Shown piece after piece: positions 16,114 to 26,944 of a stretch of DNA of 64,000 bases. This DNA is from a virus, in the IMG/VR virus record IMGVR_UViG_3300019752_000005, positions 1-64,000 of that record. One strand, written 5' to 3'. The notes under the pieces are model-generated. The model was given only the letters and a program-made list of their open reading frames with translations. It was not told the DNA's origin and searched no databases. The position numbers were made by a program, and so were the translations under genes. Position 1 is the first letter of the stretch. Every line of letters starts with the position of its first letter.

Positions 16114-17670
16114 ATGACTGGTGGGGTAGTGCCCACCATCTTGATTTTAACAAGGAATACTTTTATGTTTTTATCGTTGTGGAGAGTTGCATTTAGTTGC
16201 TCAAATTGTGGGAAACAGTTGCCAGAAAAAAATAAAATAATGCTTGCTAGATGTGACGAGCAATTTAAAGCCACTTGTGTTCTTGATTGTGGGGGTTGTG
16301 ATTTTAATGATTGGGTTGTGGTTGATGGCAAACCAATTAAAGATAATAATATACAAGTCTACAAGGTTAGCCGAAATAGCTTAAGCGTTAAAATAATTGG
16401 TGATAGTAAGATAAATCTTGATCACCTAAGATCGATCTTAAAATCTATTAGTGATGATGGTGGTTACAGTATAATTTATGTGAATATGTCTAGCCTAAAT
16501 ACATGTCATTTTATCCAGATGTGCAAAGAAACACGCGTCACACAAGATGTTTATATTTCTAATGGGTGTGGCGGTTATGAGCTTATTCCTTATTATTACT
16601 TAGGGTGAATATAATGCAACTTAAAAGAAATATACTACGAACAATTGGAGAAAGGTTTTACGCATGTGGGAGACATAAGTGTTATAGATTTAAAAATGTA
16701 GAAATGAGAGATGTGATTATTAATGATGATTGTATAGAAATTAATATTTACCTTCTTGATAAGCGCGGGGAAACATGTTTAAGCGTAGTTGCTTACACAT
16801 TCTTAGGTAATGAGTTAACACTTATACGCAGTGAAAATAGTTTATCTCCACAATGTAAGATAGATAAAATGTATTTTTATGGTTTACATGGGGTTAACAC
16901 TTTATTTGATGGTGCTGAAACATTGTTTGACGCAATTGAGATTGTATGGAGTAAATGCAATCACGTATCTTCACTAGAACCAATGTTTCTGTCAGATTAC
17001 AGTAAGAATTCAATTAAGAATAGAATAAATTACCTCCTTGAGAAAGATTTTAGCGGTAAAGGTTTATCGTGGAGATTCGGTGGTGATTATGGGCGTGATT
17101 TAATATTAACATATAATAATGATGAGAGTGTATTATGGCTAGATTTTAATAGGTTGGCAGATAGTTGTTTCACTCTAAAACAGCTTGTGTGCGAACATGG
17201 AATTTATGGTGATGGTATGAATGAAGATAATGTGTATGACACGATCGTATGGTTGCTTGGGGATAATAAACTTATCGAGGTTTATTGAAATGGTAAGTAG
17301 GTATGGGAGTGATAATTAAATGAAGTGGTCAAGAAGTAGAAGTGATGCATTAACAGCCGATCTTAACAGTATAAGTTTATCTGAAATTAAATTCCATGTT
17401 AATGTTTTTATAGGTCGCAAAAAACAGGAAATAAGTGTTCATTTTATGGATAACGATGGGTACGGTATAAAGGGATTATATTATTTGGTTTTTTATACAA
17501 AAAAATCTGATTTATCATGTATCGGTAATATAAAAGGTTATTACATGATTGGCGGTAAAAAAATAAAAGTTTATTTATTGTCATTAATAATAAGTAAGTT
17601 GTCGCCGTATATTAAAAGCGGATCTGAGGATATGCGGAAACTGACTTCAGCAGGAAACAGCGATAAATGA
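16114..17670 (+). CDS. three hypothetical proteins (16114-16608 with CxxC pairs; 16605-17288; 17320-17670)
   Basis: co-oriented ORFs; the first has CSNC..C..CGGC. Confidence 0.5.
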
Positions 17671-17855
17671 TTATCAAAAAAAGAGATTCTTTGAATGATG
17701 TATCAATATCTATTATTTTACTGATTGGTGGAATAAATTATTCATATCAAAGTTATTTAGTGTTAGATAATACAGTTTTACTTGAGTCATCAGAGAATTA
17801 AAAAAGTAATAGTGTATAATTATATTGTAAGTTTTATTCTTTTAGGGGTCTTATT

Positions 17856-18046
17856 ATGAAATCTAATGAAAATACAGTTGTTAATTCAATATTTATAGGG
17901 GCGGCACTATTAGTTGTTGGTTGGGTTATGAATATTGTTGCTATTTTTAATAGCCCAGCATTAGGGGAGTGGGGGGGGGGATGGAAATAGCAAGGGTGAT
18001 AGGAGTATTTATTGCTCCAATTGGTGGGATACTAGGTTTCTTTTAG
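17856..18046 (+). pseudogene. small phage membrane protein frameshifted at a G10 tract (17971-17980)
   Basis: MKSN..GWVMNIVAIF..LGEW stops at 17990; the other frame continues MEIARVIGVFIAPIGGILGFF to 18046; G8 or G11 would join them. Confidence 0.7.
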
Positions 18047-18058
18047 TAATTAACTGAT

Positions 18059-18086
18059 AAGACGATTATTTGATCGTCTTTTTTTT
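18059..18086 (+). terminator. rho-independent terminator
   Basis: AAGACGAT-loop-ATCGTCTT plus T-run. Confidence 0.75.
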
Positions 18087-18098
18087 ACAGGTAAAACA

Positions 18099-19093
18099 AT
18101 GAAAAAACTAATACCATCTCTATTTATCATAAGCACTGTTGGCGTTATCGTCGCATCACTAGCGGTTAGTAATAACCATGTCGAATTCGTAGTAACAATC
18201 GCCACTGTATTTACCATTGCTGCCACAACAATATCTGAGTTACCGAAATATGAACAGGTTAAAGAGGTTATCCATTACACTAAAACAGAAGATGGTGTGG
18301 GAGAAAGAATAATCCAACTACCCAACGATCATATCCTCTATGATACGAGTGTGGATGAAAAAATGTTAGTTAACAACAAAGATGGAACTCTTTTAATATT
18401 ATTTAAACGCATAGATAATGGTTGGCAGGCTTGGCTTTACAATAGAGAAGTTATACCAGATTGCGTTTTAAGTATAGATGACGTTAAGCGTATTTCAAGA
18501 GATGTTGCCGTACATGAACTACGTTTCAAGAGATACATTGGTATACTCTATTATCCAAAGCAGACATAAGGGAAAGGTCTTACCTATTAAGCATGAGCAC
18601 ACGATTTAGTAAAGGATTCTTATGGAGGGAATATACTGGTATTATGGGAATTATTAAGCTTAAGTTAATATCAATGTTATATCCACATTAGGAATTAAAA
18701 TGAACGCGAGAATTAGATAGGAGATTCATGATCATGAGTACTAATGTAGAAGCATGGGTAGGATATGGATTTAATATTAATGAGACTGACTCTAAAAAAA
18801 TAGTGAAATGGATTCGATCCAAAGTTGATACGGAAGAAGAATCTGATAATGAAATTATCGACTATTATTTGCATCAAGCTCTAAATAATAGTCGATATGG
18901 TAAGATTGCACGTGTAATGAGTGAGGGTGAGTATGATTTCTATATTCTTATAAACCCTATTCTTACTGAAGACGCTACATCGATAGATACAGATTGGATA
19001 CTGTCAGATAATTTAGGTTTAGCAATTTCTTTAAGGGATGAGCTTGGGATTAAGTCTAAAGTTGAGCTGAAACTAGGTTTAATGCGGTATTAA
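18099..19093 (+). CDS. two hypothetical proteins (18099-18569 with N-terminal TM; 18728-19093)
   Basis: ORFs with RBS. Confidence 0.5.
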
Positions 19094-19135
19094 GATTTAT
19101 GAGAGGTCGTTTGATTATTAATATTTGATTTACAT

Positions 19136-19162
19136 GCCAGCTTATTACAAGCTGGCTTTTTT
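19136..19162 (+). terminator. rho-independent terminator
   Basis: GCCAGCTT-ATTAC-AAGCTGGC plus T6. Confidence 0.8.
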
Positions 19163-19217
19163 ATCGGAATAAAAAGTTAGTATAACAGTACGTATCATTA
19201 GTAATTAAATTCATTCA

Positions 19218-20177
19218 ATGGGGAATAAAATAATGGATATTGAGAAAATTAAAAAAGAGAAAAGCGGGTTGGAATTATCTGTGTTGGGGGCATCAATTAT
19301 CCTCCCCACATCAGCTTGCTTTTGCATACACCACCTTATCACGGGGTCGCCTTGGTTTGCTAGCTTACTAGGGTTCACAGCGTTCATGGCACTTGGCTGG
19401 ATAAATTTGTCAACTGAGAAATTAGATGTTGTAAAAGGTGTTTTAGCTGAAACTGAAAGCAGTAAAAAAACACCGTTAGCTTAAGAGGTATATAATGTTA
19501 GGATTTAAAGATACAGACAAGTATAATGCACACATGAATCGTGCAAATACAGCAGCATCTCATTTGGAAGAGGTTTTTAGCAAGGTGAAGGTTGATTATA
19601 GTAATGGAGGATTATCTAGTGAATTGGTTTCTGTTGCTCATGATGATGGTAATCTAGTTATGGAACTAAATAAATCACAACAGCCTGAACTTGCTGCTCA
19701 CCTACTTAGTAAGAAGTTAATGAGTGAGTTTGGTTATCAATGCTACTGGGAAACAGATACAAGTGGAAAAGTAACAGGTTTTCTGATTAGGCATTGATAA
19801 TGGAGGAGCTTTATAAAAAGGTATCCAACTACTTACTACGAATACGTAATAAGGGTTTGGGTTTGGAGTTATGTCAGGTAAGCTTAATTAAAAACAAGAT
19901 ATATATAACCCATCCCGAACAAATGGTTTATTGTTGCCTTGATTTTAGAACGAACAGTAGTGATTATCAAGTGGTTGTAAACTGTAGTTTTGAAGGTCAG
20001 CACCTATATAGAAAAGTTATTGGTTTTAATTTAAATGAAATTGATAGATTACTTAATGATATTGATCTGTCTATATGTGGTTTTTTTGTGAAGATAGATA
20101 TGTATAGGGGGCTAGATGGTGCTAAATTCCAATGGGTAGGTGGTGCTAAGTTTAAAATGAATGGCTTCACCTATTAA
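19218..20177 (+). CDS. three hypothetical proteins (19218-19484 membrane; 19495-19797; 19794-20177)
   Basis: co-oriented ORFs. Confidence 0.5.
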
Positions 20178-20275
20178 TTGACACGTAGCAGAGGCATTAA
20201 ACGCTGTGTCACACCGCCTGCAAAGGTTAGTCCATGGCTTGGTAACGGTGATCTGTCCTACTTTACAGTAGCTGA

Positions 20276-20307
20276 GACCTCACACGTGATGCGGGGTCGT
20301 TTTTTTT
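20276..20307 (+). terminator. rho-independent terminator closing a GC-richer intergenic segment
   Basis: GACCTCACA-CGTGA-TGCGGGGTC then T8. Confidence 0.65.
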
Positions 20308-20327
20308 AATTTAAAGGGTGTTTATGT

Positions 20328-20570
20328 ATGTTAACGAAAGAAGAGATAAAAATAGTTAAAGAGCTGCGCTTAACAGCAAAAGTAGTTGGTTCTTTATTAA
20401 TGTTATTTGGTTATGGTGTTATAGTATTTCTTGTTGAAGGTGATCCTGTGGTTTATATTGCAATTATATTATTGCATTTTGTCATAGAAGGTGGGAGTAA
20501 CTTATTTGATAAGGGAATGGAGAGTGATAGAGAAATTATTGATAGCTGGTATAAGGTGAAAAATAAATAG
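20328..20570 (+). CDS. small membrane protein
   Basis: two hydrophobic segments. Confidence 0.5.
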   Translation: MLTKEEIKIVKELRLTAKVVGSLLMLFGYGVIVFLVEGDPVVYIAIILLHFVIEGGSNLFDKGMESDREIIDSWYKVKNK

Positions 20571-20598
20571 GGGAATCACACCCCTATCTTCAATATCT

Positions 20599-21108
20599 TT
20601 AGATATTTATTTTCTTAACTTCCACGCTAAGAGCTAAATCAAATAGAAAGTCTAGTAGTAAATCAATATTTTGGTAACCATCACACATATCTACCACTTG
20701 TTCTGTGGTTAGGTGCTTCTGCACACCTCTCATAACCGCACCTAAACTATCGTGTGACTCAACGATAGATACATCATGACTAAGTGTTTCTTTATCAAAA
20801 ACTGAAACCGCGTATTTGTTTTCTTTTGGTCGTTTATCCACCAGCATTCCTAACCCATCTTCTTTTGATTGACGTTTCTGGAATGCTGTTTGTTGGTGTT
20901 CGATAACTCCAATAGCGCAGTCTCCAATATAGGCAGTACTTTTTATTTTATCAATATTATTAGCATCCATAAACCAACTACCAGCACCCTCGATTTCTGA
21001 CAAACCTTTCTTCAAAGCATCCAGATCGCTTACAGCACTTACAACAACCTGTTGAATATTTTCTTCTGGATAATTGCACAAAGCCACCGTATAGGTTTTA
21101 AGATCCAT
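20599..21108 (-). CDS. hypothetical protein with an internal two-fold domain repeat; paralog of 21433-21879
   Basis: YTVAL..VVVSA.SD.DA..KG repeated as YAVSV..SIVES.DS.GA...G. Confidence 0.6.
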   Translation of the reverse strand: MDLKTYTVALCNYPEENIQQVVVSAVSDLDALKKGLSEIEGAGSWFMDANNIDKIKSTAYIGDCAIGVIEHQQTAFQKRQSKEDGLGMLVDKRPKENKYAVSVFDKETLSHDVSIVESHDSLGAVMRGVQKHLTTEQVVDMCDGYQNIDLLLDFLFDLALSVEVKKINI

Positions 21109-21419
21109 TATTCACCACCATTAATATTAGTGTGAACAACATACTTCTTGATTAATGAAAATTTATATTCATTATTTACAAGAGTTTGTTGAAGTTCTGC
21201 ATCTGTAGCTAAAAAATAAGCTATTTTTGATAAGCATATAAACCCAAAAATCAGTGCTGAAAACACCATAATTAGGCTATTCATAAATCCGTTTACAGAG
21301 AAAAATCCAGCTATAGCGGATACAGTCATTACGAGAAATAAATACCCTAACCATTTCTGTGCAATACGACTTTGTTTTAATGTTAGTTTTCTTTTTCCAC
21401 TCATTGTTTGCTTTCCCAA
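21108..21419 (-). CDS. membrane protein
   Basis: two TM helices. Confidence 0.5.
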   Translation of the reverse strand: MGKQTMSGKRKLTLKQSRIAQKWLGYLFLVMTVSAIAGFFSVNGFMNSLIMVFSALIFGFICLSKIAYFLATDAELQQTLVNNEYKFSLIKKYVVHTNINGGE

Positions 21420-21432
21420 TTGGTTAAAAAAA

Positions 21433-21879
21433 TTATTCTGATATACATCTTATCTCCATATGACCATCATAAAGAACCTCTGCGATTTCATCAATACATT
21501 TACAGTCTTTTATTTCATCGTAACTATAATGCTTGGATGCCATCATAATAAAAGCATCAAACTCACTCTCAGCCATAACAATTTCAATTGAAGAGTCTTT
21601 AACTTGGAAGTCAGCGAAAGACATGGTATATTTGTTAAGTGGTTTAACTTGATTTTCAAGAACACCAATAACCATGTTAGCATCAAAAGCCAACCGTTTC
21701 ATTTCATCTAGTGAGTTGCATTCCTCAAACCCAGTTAAACCATCAGGTGCTGGTGCTAACATCTTGCGGATACCAGCCATTAACGCTTCACATTCTGATG
21801 CCGCTTTAACCTGCGTCATAAGCATATTGTTTGTGAATGAATCTGTGTAAGATACTGTATAATTTTTCATGAAAAACAC
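21433..21879 (-). CDS. hypothetical protein with an internal two-fold repeat
   Basis: YTVSY..VKAASECEA repeated as YTMSF..VMAESEFDA; shares IGV(I/L)E with 20599-21108. Confidence 0.6.
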   Translation of the reverse strand: MFFMKNYTVSYTDSFTNNMLMTQVKAASECEALMAGIRKMLAPAPDGLTGFEECNSLDEMKRLAFDANMVIGVLENQVKPLNKYTMSFADFQVKDSSIEIVMAESEFDAFIMMASKHYSYDEIKDCKCIDEIAEVLYDGHMEIRCISE

Positions 21880-21903
21880 CTGTTTTTATTGTATGTGGTT
21901 ATA

Positions 21904-21932
21904 ATATTAGATTGTTTGGTGCCTTATGTCAA
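21904..21932 (-). promoter_or_regulatory. sigma70-type promoter
   Basis: TTGACA-17-TAATAT on the minus strand. Confidence 0.6.
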
Positions 21933-21976
21933 GTTTTAATCAAAAAAAAAGAGGGTTACCCCTCTTCTTTTATTCT

Positions 21977-22504
21977 CTAATTATCTTCTACCTTATCAAC
22001 TTTATTTTTGCTCTCAATCTTTGGTTTCAAACAATAATACTTAAAAAACACCCCATCCCCCACAAGAGGATGGTAAAATAAAGATACTTTAGGATTAAAG
22101 ATATCGCGCAATAAACCAATACCATATTGCTTAGGTAATTTAAAGCCAAATGTTTCCGCATAAAACCTGATAGTATCCCATGCTAGAAACTTAAATGTTT
22201 TATCTGGGTAATCATATTTAATATCAACCACTAACACACCACGTTTAACCTTATTTGTGTATAAGGTAATAGTGCTACCCTTGGGTAGTCTTGCACCGTT
22301 TTTAGGATCGGTATAATAACTCTCCACGCTTGTTTTTAAGGCTTGAGGAAACTCACCATCAGAAAAGTCTTTACCATTATATGATAGTTTACCACTATCA
22401 CCGTTAAGTGATTCTGTAGCTACAAAAATTCTATCACTGTTCAATTGACCGCTTGTTAGTGTTGCTGTTAACTTGTGTATAGTTCTATATCTATAGTCGC
22501 TCAT
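21977..22504 (-). CDS. hypothetical protein (possibly virion-associated)
   Basis: 175-aa ORF, AAGGA RBS, preceded by CTATATTTTA. Confidence 0.5.
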   Translation of the reverse strand: MSDYRYRTIHKLTATLTSGQLNSDRIFVATESLNGDSGKLSYNGKDFSDGEFPQALKTSVESYYTDPKNGARLPKGSTITLYTNKVKRGVLVVDIKYDYPDKTFKFLAWDTIRFYAETFGFKLPKQYGIGLLRDIFNPKVSLFYHPLVGDGVFFKYYCLKPKIESKNKVDKVEDN

Positions 22505-22566
22505 AAGTATTCCTTTTGTTTAAGGATGCACATCTATGCATCCTTTAAAATATAGGTTAGATTAGC

Positions 22567-24591
22567 CTAACGTATTGGACATACACCAGTTTTACACTCG
22601 TCATCATCGAGAATATCACCACCGTAGTTATCAATATCAAAAGGCTTAAGCTTTGCCTTATATGATTCGTAACGCTCTTTGGTCACCACCTCTTGTGGTA
22701 AGTAGCTATAACCTAGGTCACGGGCTGTCTTTGTTGGATCATTTCGGAAAATAAAGCTAACACCAATATAGAAATCCCAATTATCTATAAACCAATCTAC
22801 AATATCCTGCACCTCACTAGCATCATAGGAAACAGTAACAGATACATTTTGCTGACACCAATACCGCATGTATTTCTTGTATCGTTCCAATTGAGTGATA
22901 GCACTTTCAATATTTATTTCCATTCCATCAACGTTGGTAAAGTTGATATTATCATATTCAATTGGTACAGCTACAATCACAGATTCAGGCTCATTTGGTA
23001 GAGAGCTAACCTCATAACCGCTTTCTTTCAACGCTACCAACATTTCATCATGAATACTGTATTTGATATTATTGATAATATAGCGTCCAAGTGGTAAATG
23101 AACCCCTTCTGTTGTGTCCATACACTTAGCCTGCGTCCCCGACGGCTTAACCGTAGTAACGTTTTTAGGGTACGGTGTTCCTAGTTCATCAGCCATTTTA
23201 TACGCATGGTATGTGGCATGGCGTTGCAGTGATTCCAATTCGTAACATGATAAGTCATCACGCATTGCAATTCCAGTTAATCCAACGCCACACAACCGTA
23301 AATGGTCATTATTTAAATTCCAAGCTTCCTGTAGGATTCCATCATCTAAATTAACACATGTTTGTCGGTAATTCGCGCGTGACATTATCTCAATTGCTCG
23401 TTTCAGCCCAGCAGAATCACCAATAAATCGACTTACATTAACATCAACTAAGTTACAGAAGCCTTTATTGGGAAGAATAACTTCACCGCATGGATTAAAG
23501 CCAGCAGCCCACTCAGCACGTTCTCTAGCATGTTTAGCATTTAAGAATGCAGGTTCAGAACCACCACTTCGAACCATTAGATTGAAAATATCTTCTAATG
23601 TATCGCGCGTCGGTTTATCATGAAATAATAAAGAGTTATTACTCTGCTCTCGATGTGAATTACCTTTTTCATACATACCTTCCTTAGCTGTTGCAAAAGA
23701 ATACCATTCCTCGTCACCAAAATCCATGATGGAAATTTCAGCACTACGTCGTGATGATAATGTTGTACCAAGCCAATTACATATATCTAAAATATCAATT
23801 TTTTTAAGCAATTCACCTGATCGCTTATTTAGAATTTGAGCAATATGTTCAAATGCTTTGGCAATTGATACATCACCACTACAAATCCAGCCATACCCTT
23901 TCAAACGTTCACCAGCAGGTCTGACTTCTGAAAAATCTAACACCAGTTTTTTAGCTGGGTATCTATGCACTAATAATTTACCAATAGACTTAGCCCATGC
24001 TTTAGCAGAGTCACCTACTTTAATAGTCCAAACACCTGTTTTCTTATTAAATGTTTCTACGTTATCTTCATAACCTTTATCCTTGCGCGTACTTCTAACC
24101 ACTTCAATTTCATTAATATGGCGTTTGAATCCTGTGAGTGTTCCAACTTCAGGTTTAAACCCTACACCACATCCTTGTAGTAATAACCAGAATAGATCAA
24201 CGGCATCATAAACAGTGTTAAGTTGGGTGAAGGCGCAATTGAATTGCGTTGCTTCAATCAACTTACTTAAATCAGTACCACCCAGCCAAAGCGTTCTACC
24301 ACTAACACCAGCTTTACCTTCCATGATTAACTTGCCCATCTCAACAAGTTCTATGATTTGCGAGTTATTCAACTCCTTACCTAATGCGCGTTCCCAAAGC
24401 CACTTTTGATGCCGCAGTACTCTTAAAACCACATCTTTCTTTTTCTCAAAATCATTGAGATATGGGCGACAATAAGAACGCTTAAAAACAAGCTGAGCGC
24501 GGAATGATGGTTTGTATTCTGGTGTGTAATTTAGAATGTCTTCTAATGCAGCTTTTACAGTGGTTGGTTTCAAATTTAATTCCTTTTTCAT
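22567..24591 (-). CDS. nrdJ: Class II (adenosylcobalamin-dependent) ribonucleotide reductase, monomeric RTPR type
   Basis: GRTLW, FNC, LLQGCGVGF, RRSAEI, NPCGE, TTVKPSGT, C-terminal CKTGVCPIR. Confidence 0.92.
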   Translation of the reverse strand: MKKELNLKPTTVKAALEDILNYTPEYKPSFRAQLVFKRSYCRPYLNDFEKKKDVVLRVLRHQKWLWERALGKELNNSQIIELVEMGKLIMEGKAGVSGRTLWLGGTDLSKLIEATQFNCAFTQLNTVYDAVDLFWLLLQGCGVGFKPEVGTLTGFKRHINEIEVVRSTRKDKGYEDNVETFNKKTGVWTIKVGDSAKAWAKSIGKLLVHRYPAKKLVLDFSEVRPAGERLKGYGWICSGDVSIAKAFEHIAQILNKRSGELLKKIDILDICNWLGTTLSSRRSAEISIMDFGDEEWYSFATAKEGMYEKGNSHREQSNNSLLFHDKPTRDTLEDIFNLMVRSGGSEPAFLNAKHARERAEWAAGFNPCGEVILPNKGFCNLVDVNVSRFIGDSAGLKRAIEIMSRANYRQTCVNLDDGILQEAWNLNNDHLRLCGVGLTGIAMRDDLSCYELESLQRHATYHAYKMADELGTPYPKNVTTVKPSGTQAKCMDTTEGVHLPLGRYIINNIKYSIHDEMLVALKESGYEVSSLPNEPESVIVAVPIEYDNINFTNVDGMEINIESAITQLERYKKYMRYWCQQNVSVTVSYDASEVQDIVDWFIDNWDFYIGVSFIFRNDPTKTARDLGYSYLPQEVVTKERYESYKAKLKPFDIDNYGGDILDDDECKTGVCPIR

Positions 24592-25631
24592 TTATAATAA
24601 GTCCGCAATAAGCTTTTGGTTATTGTTTTTCAAAACAACCTTCACATCTTCAAGCGTCTTGCTACCCTTAGTTAACGATAACAGTTCTTGTAGTTCGATA
24701 TCTAGTGCGGGAAAAATTGTTTGCGCTTGAATAAGAGCGGTATATAATATTCTTTTTAAACTATCCTGCTGCATAATCTCTCAACTTGCTGGCTAATTTT
24801 ATGAACTTTTCAGGTGTAAAGTGTGAGTTAGTTAACTCATTGTAATCACCTTTATCAATAGATAAATTCCATTCGTAACCTGAACTTATAATATCACTGA
24901 GCTTGAGGTTTGGATTCCATTTACTCTTAACGTTATCTTCTTTAGGTGTAACTGATACATGGAACTTAATACCATAATCATTATGGTAGCACTTAGCTTT
25001 TAACACCCCATCAGTAAATTCCAACGGTAAAGGTATATTCTTGGAATTCTTTTTTGCATACTTAGTTAAAATATCAGTTAGATCATTATAGGCGTTAGAT
25101 GTAATAACACTTAATTCATCGCGACCCATGTTAAATCTAATTGTAATGCCAATATTGAAATCATGAACCTCATTAAAACTAACTAGGTCAATGTATTCCC
25201 ATTTATCACCAGTACTATTAACGCCTTTAACATGATTAACATCTTTCACTACACAGCCGATAAGGTTACTCTTATCCCCATAAATTCTCTCAATAAATCC
25301 ACCTTCATTGTTTTGCTGTTTGTAGTTTGATTTTATCTTGCAATAGTAATTATCTTTGCAATAAACAACAATTCCATGATTCCCCTCAAGAATATCAATA
25401 GAGGTGATTACTTTACCTTTAATCTCATTCAACAATCTTTTGTCTCCATCCCTTACCAACAGGTTCATCTGCATTTATTAATACATTAATCGCAGCATCA
25501 ATCTCATTATCCCCATAACTGATACACCCGTTAAACTCAGCCTTCCACTGCTCACTGACTCTCGTTATATGGATCGTAATTTGTTTTTTCTTAGGTTTTG
25601 TTTTTGTGTGGTTCATATTCTCTTCTTGCAT
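24592..25631 (-). CDS. three hypothetical proteins (24592-24774, 24761-25474, 25425-25631)
   Basis: contiguous co-oriented ORFs. Confidence 0.5.
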
Positions 25632-25747
25632 TAAAAAGGTAACACCTATTTTATTTATCGGTAAGCTAATTAAATGTAGTGCTTATAATAAATAAATTTA
25701 TTACAAACATCAATCAATTATTATACACGAAACACTTGAATGTTCAA

Positions 25748-26878
25748 CTAAATCTGAATAGGCATAATGATGTGCTTCACGGATTTGTTAGTGTAACCGT
25801 GCACTGATACAAATGTTTTAGGGGAATCACAGTTCATTACAATTTCATCATCATCTATTGCTAACAAAGCTTGCTTTAAATACTTAAAGTTAAAACCAAT
25901 AGTCATTGAGCTAATACCATCACTAATAAACTCAACACCAATATTATCATTAGCTTTTTCATTGCTTGAATTAGCCATACTGATATCAAACTCATCTAAC
26001 CTCATGTTGATTACCAATCTCTGAGAACGTTGGTCTTTATCTCCAAGTGCAACAATACTCACCTTATTAATGGCTTGTAATAATAAAGCTCTCTTGCACT
26101 TATAAATACTATTAAATTGTTTATTTATAAAAAGCTCAATATCAGCAAACTTTTCATTTATCATTCTAGTTATTATTTTTGTGTTAGGTGTGCTAAAACT
26201 AGCATTGTTTTCACTTAACCTCATATCAACATCACCATCGCAAGATGATAGCATTTTACTTAATTCACCTACAGAATCGTAAGGTATTAAGCATTCAATG
26301 TTATCATTAGAATCACCTGTAGCCAAGTTAAAACCAGTGACAGATAATCTATGACCATCGGTTGCAGAGCATCTAACTGAATTATCTTTTGCATTTAACA
26401 TAACACAAGAGTAAAAGTTTTTTTCTCCATTCTTCATTATAATAAAGGATACATTACTTATCATCTTTAAAAGGAGATCACTATTAATTGATATTGTATT
26501 GGAGTCAACATCATCACGAAGCTCTGGGAAATCTGAGAAAGGTAACGTTTCCAAAGAGAAGGTAGAGCTATCTGAATTTACGATTACTCTGCCATTATCA
26601 TCATGTAATTCCATAAATTCACTAACATTACTTTGTGCAATCTTATGTAATTTATCTGCATTAACAGTTTTATCTATCCATTTCCCACCATTATTGATAA
26701 TACCTACATCCACTGAAACTTGCATTATGTTATTCAAGGCAAGCAGGGTAAGCTTGTTAGATCTTACAACTAATGCAACATTAGCACTAATACCTTCACC
26801 GCCAGTGACACCCACACACTTTTTTAATGCGGTACTAAGTTCTTTCCCACTAACTTTAAAATTTAACTTTTCTTCCAT
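25748..26878 (-). CDS. dnaN: DNA polymerase III beta sliding clamp
   Basis: 376 aa; LPFSDFP, ATDGHRL, IGFNFKYL, C-terminal IIMPI. Confidence 0.92.
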   Translation of the reverse strand: MEEKLNFKVSGKELSTALKKCVGVTGGEGISANVALVVRSNKLTLLALNNIMQVSVDVGIINNGGKWIDKTVNADKLHKIAQSNVSEFMELHDDNGRVIVNSDSSTFSLETLPFSDFPELRDDVDSNTISINSDLLLKMISNVSFIIMKNGEKNFYSCVMLNAKDNSVRCSATDGHRLSVTGFNLATGDSNDNIECLIPYDSVGELSKMLSSCDGDVDMRLSENNASFSTPNTKIITRMINEKFADIELFINKQFNSIYKCKRALLLQAINKVSIVALGDKDQRSQRLVINMRLDEFDISMANSSNEKANDNIGVEFISDGISSMTIGFNFKYLKQALLAIDDDEIVMNCDSPKTFVSVHGYTNKSVKHIIMPIQI

Positions 26879-26944
26879 AATAAAAACCTATTTACCTTTA
26901 AAAAATAAAAAAGGGTTAAACTAAATATTTAACCCTGTGGAAAC

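Noticed and set aside
20178-20307. tRNA gene
   Set aside because: No T-loop GTTC(G/A)A or cloverleaf could be built; no tRNA or rRNA genes recognised anywhere in the window
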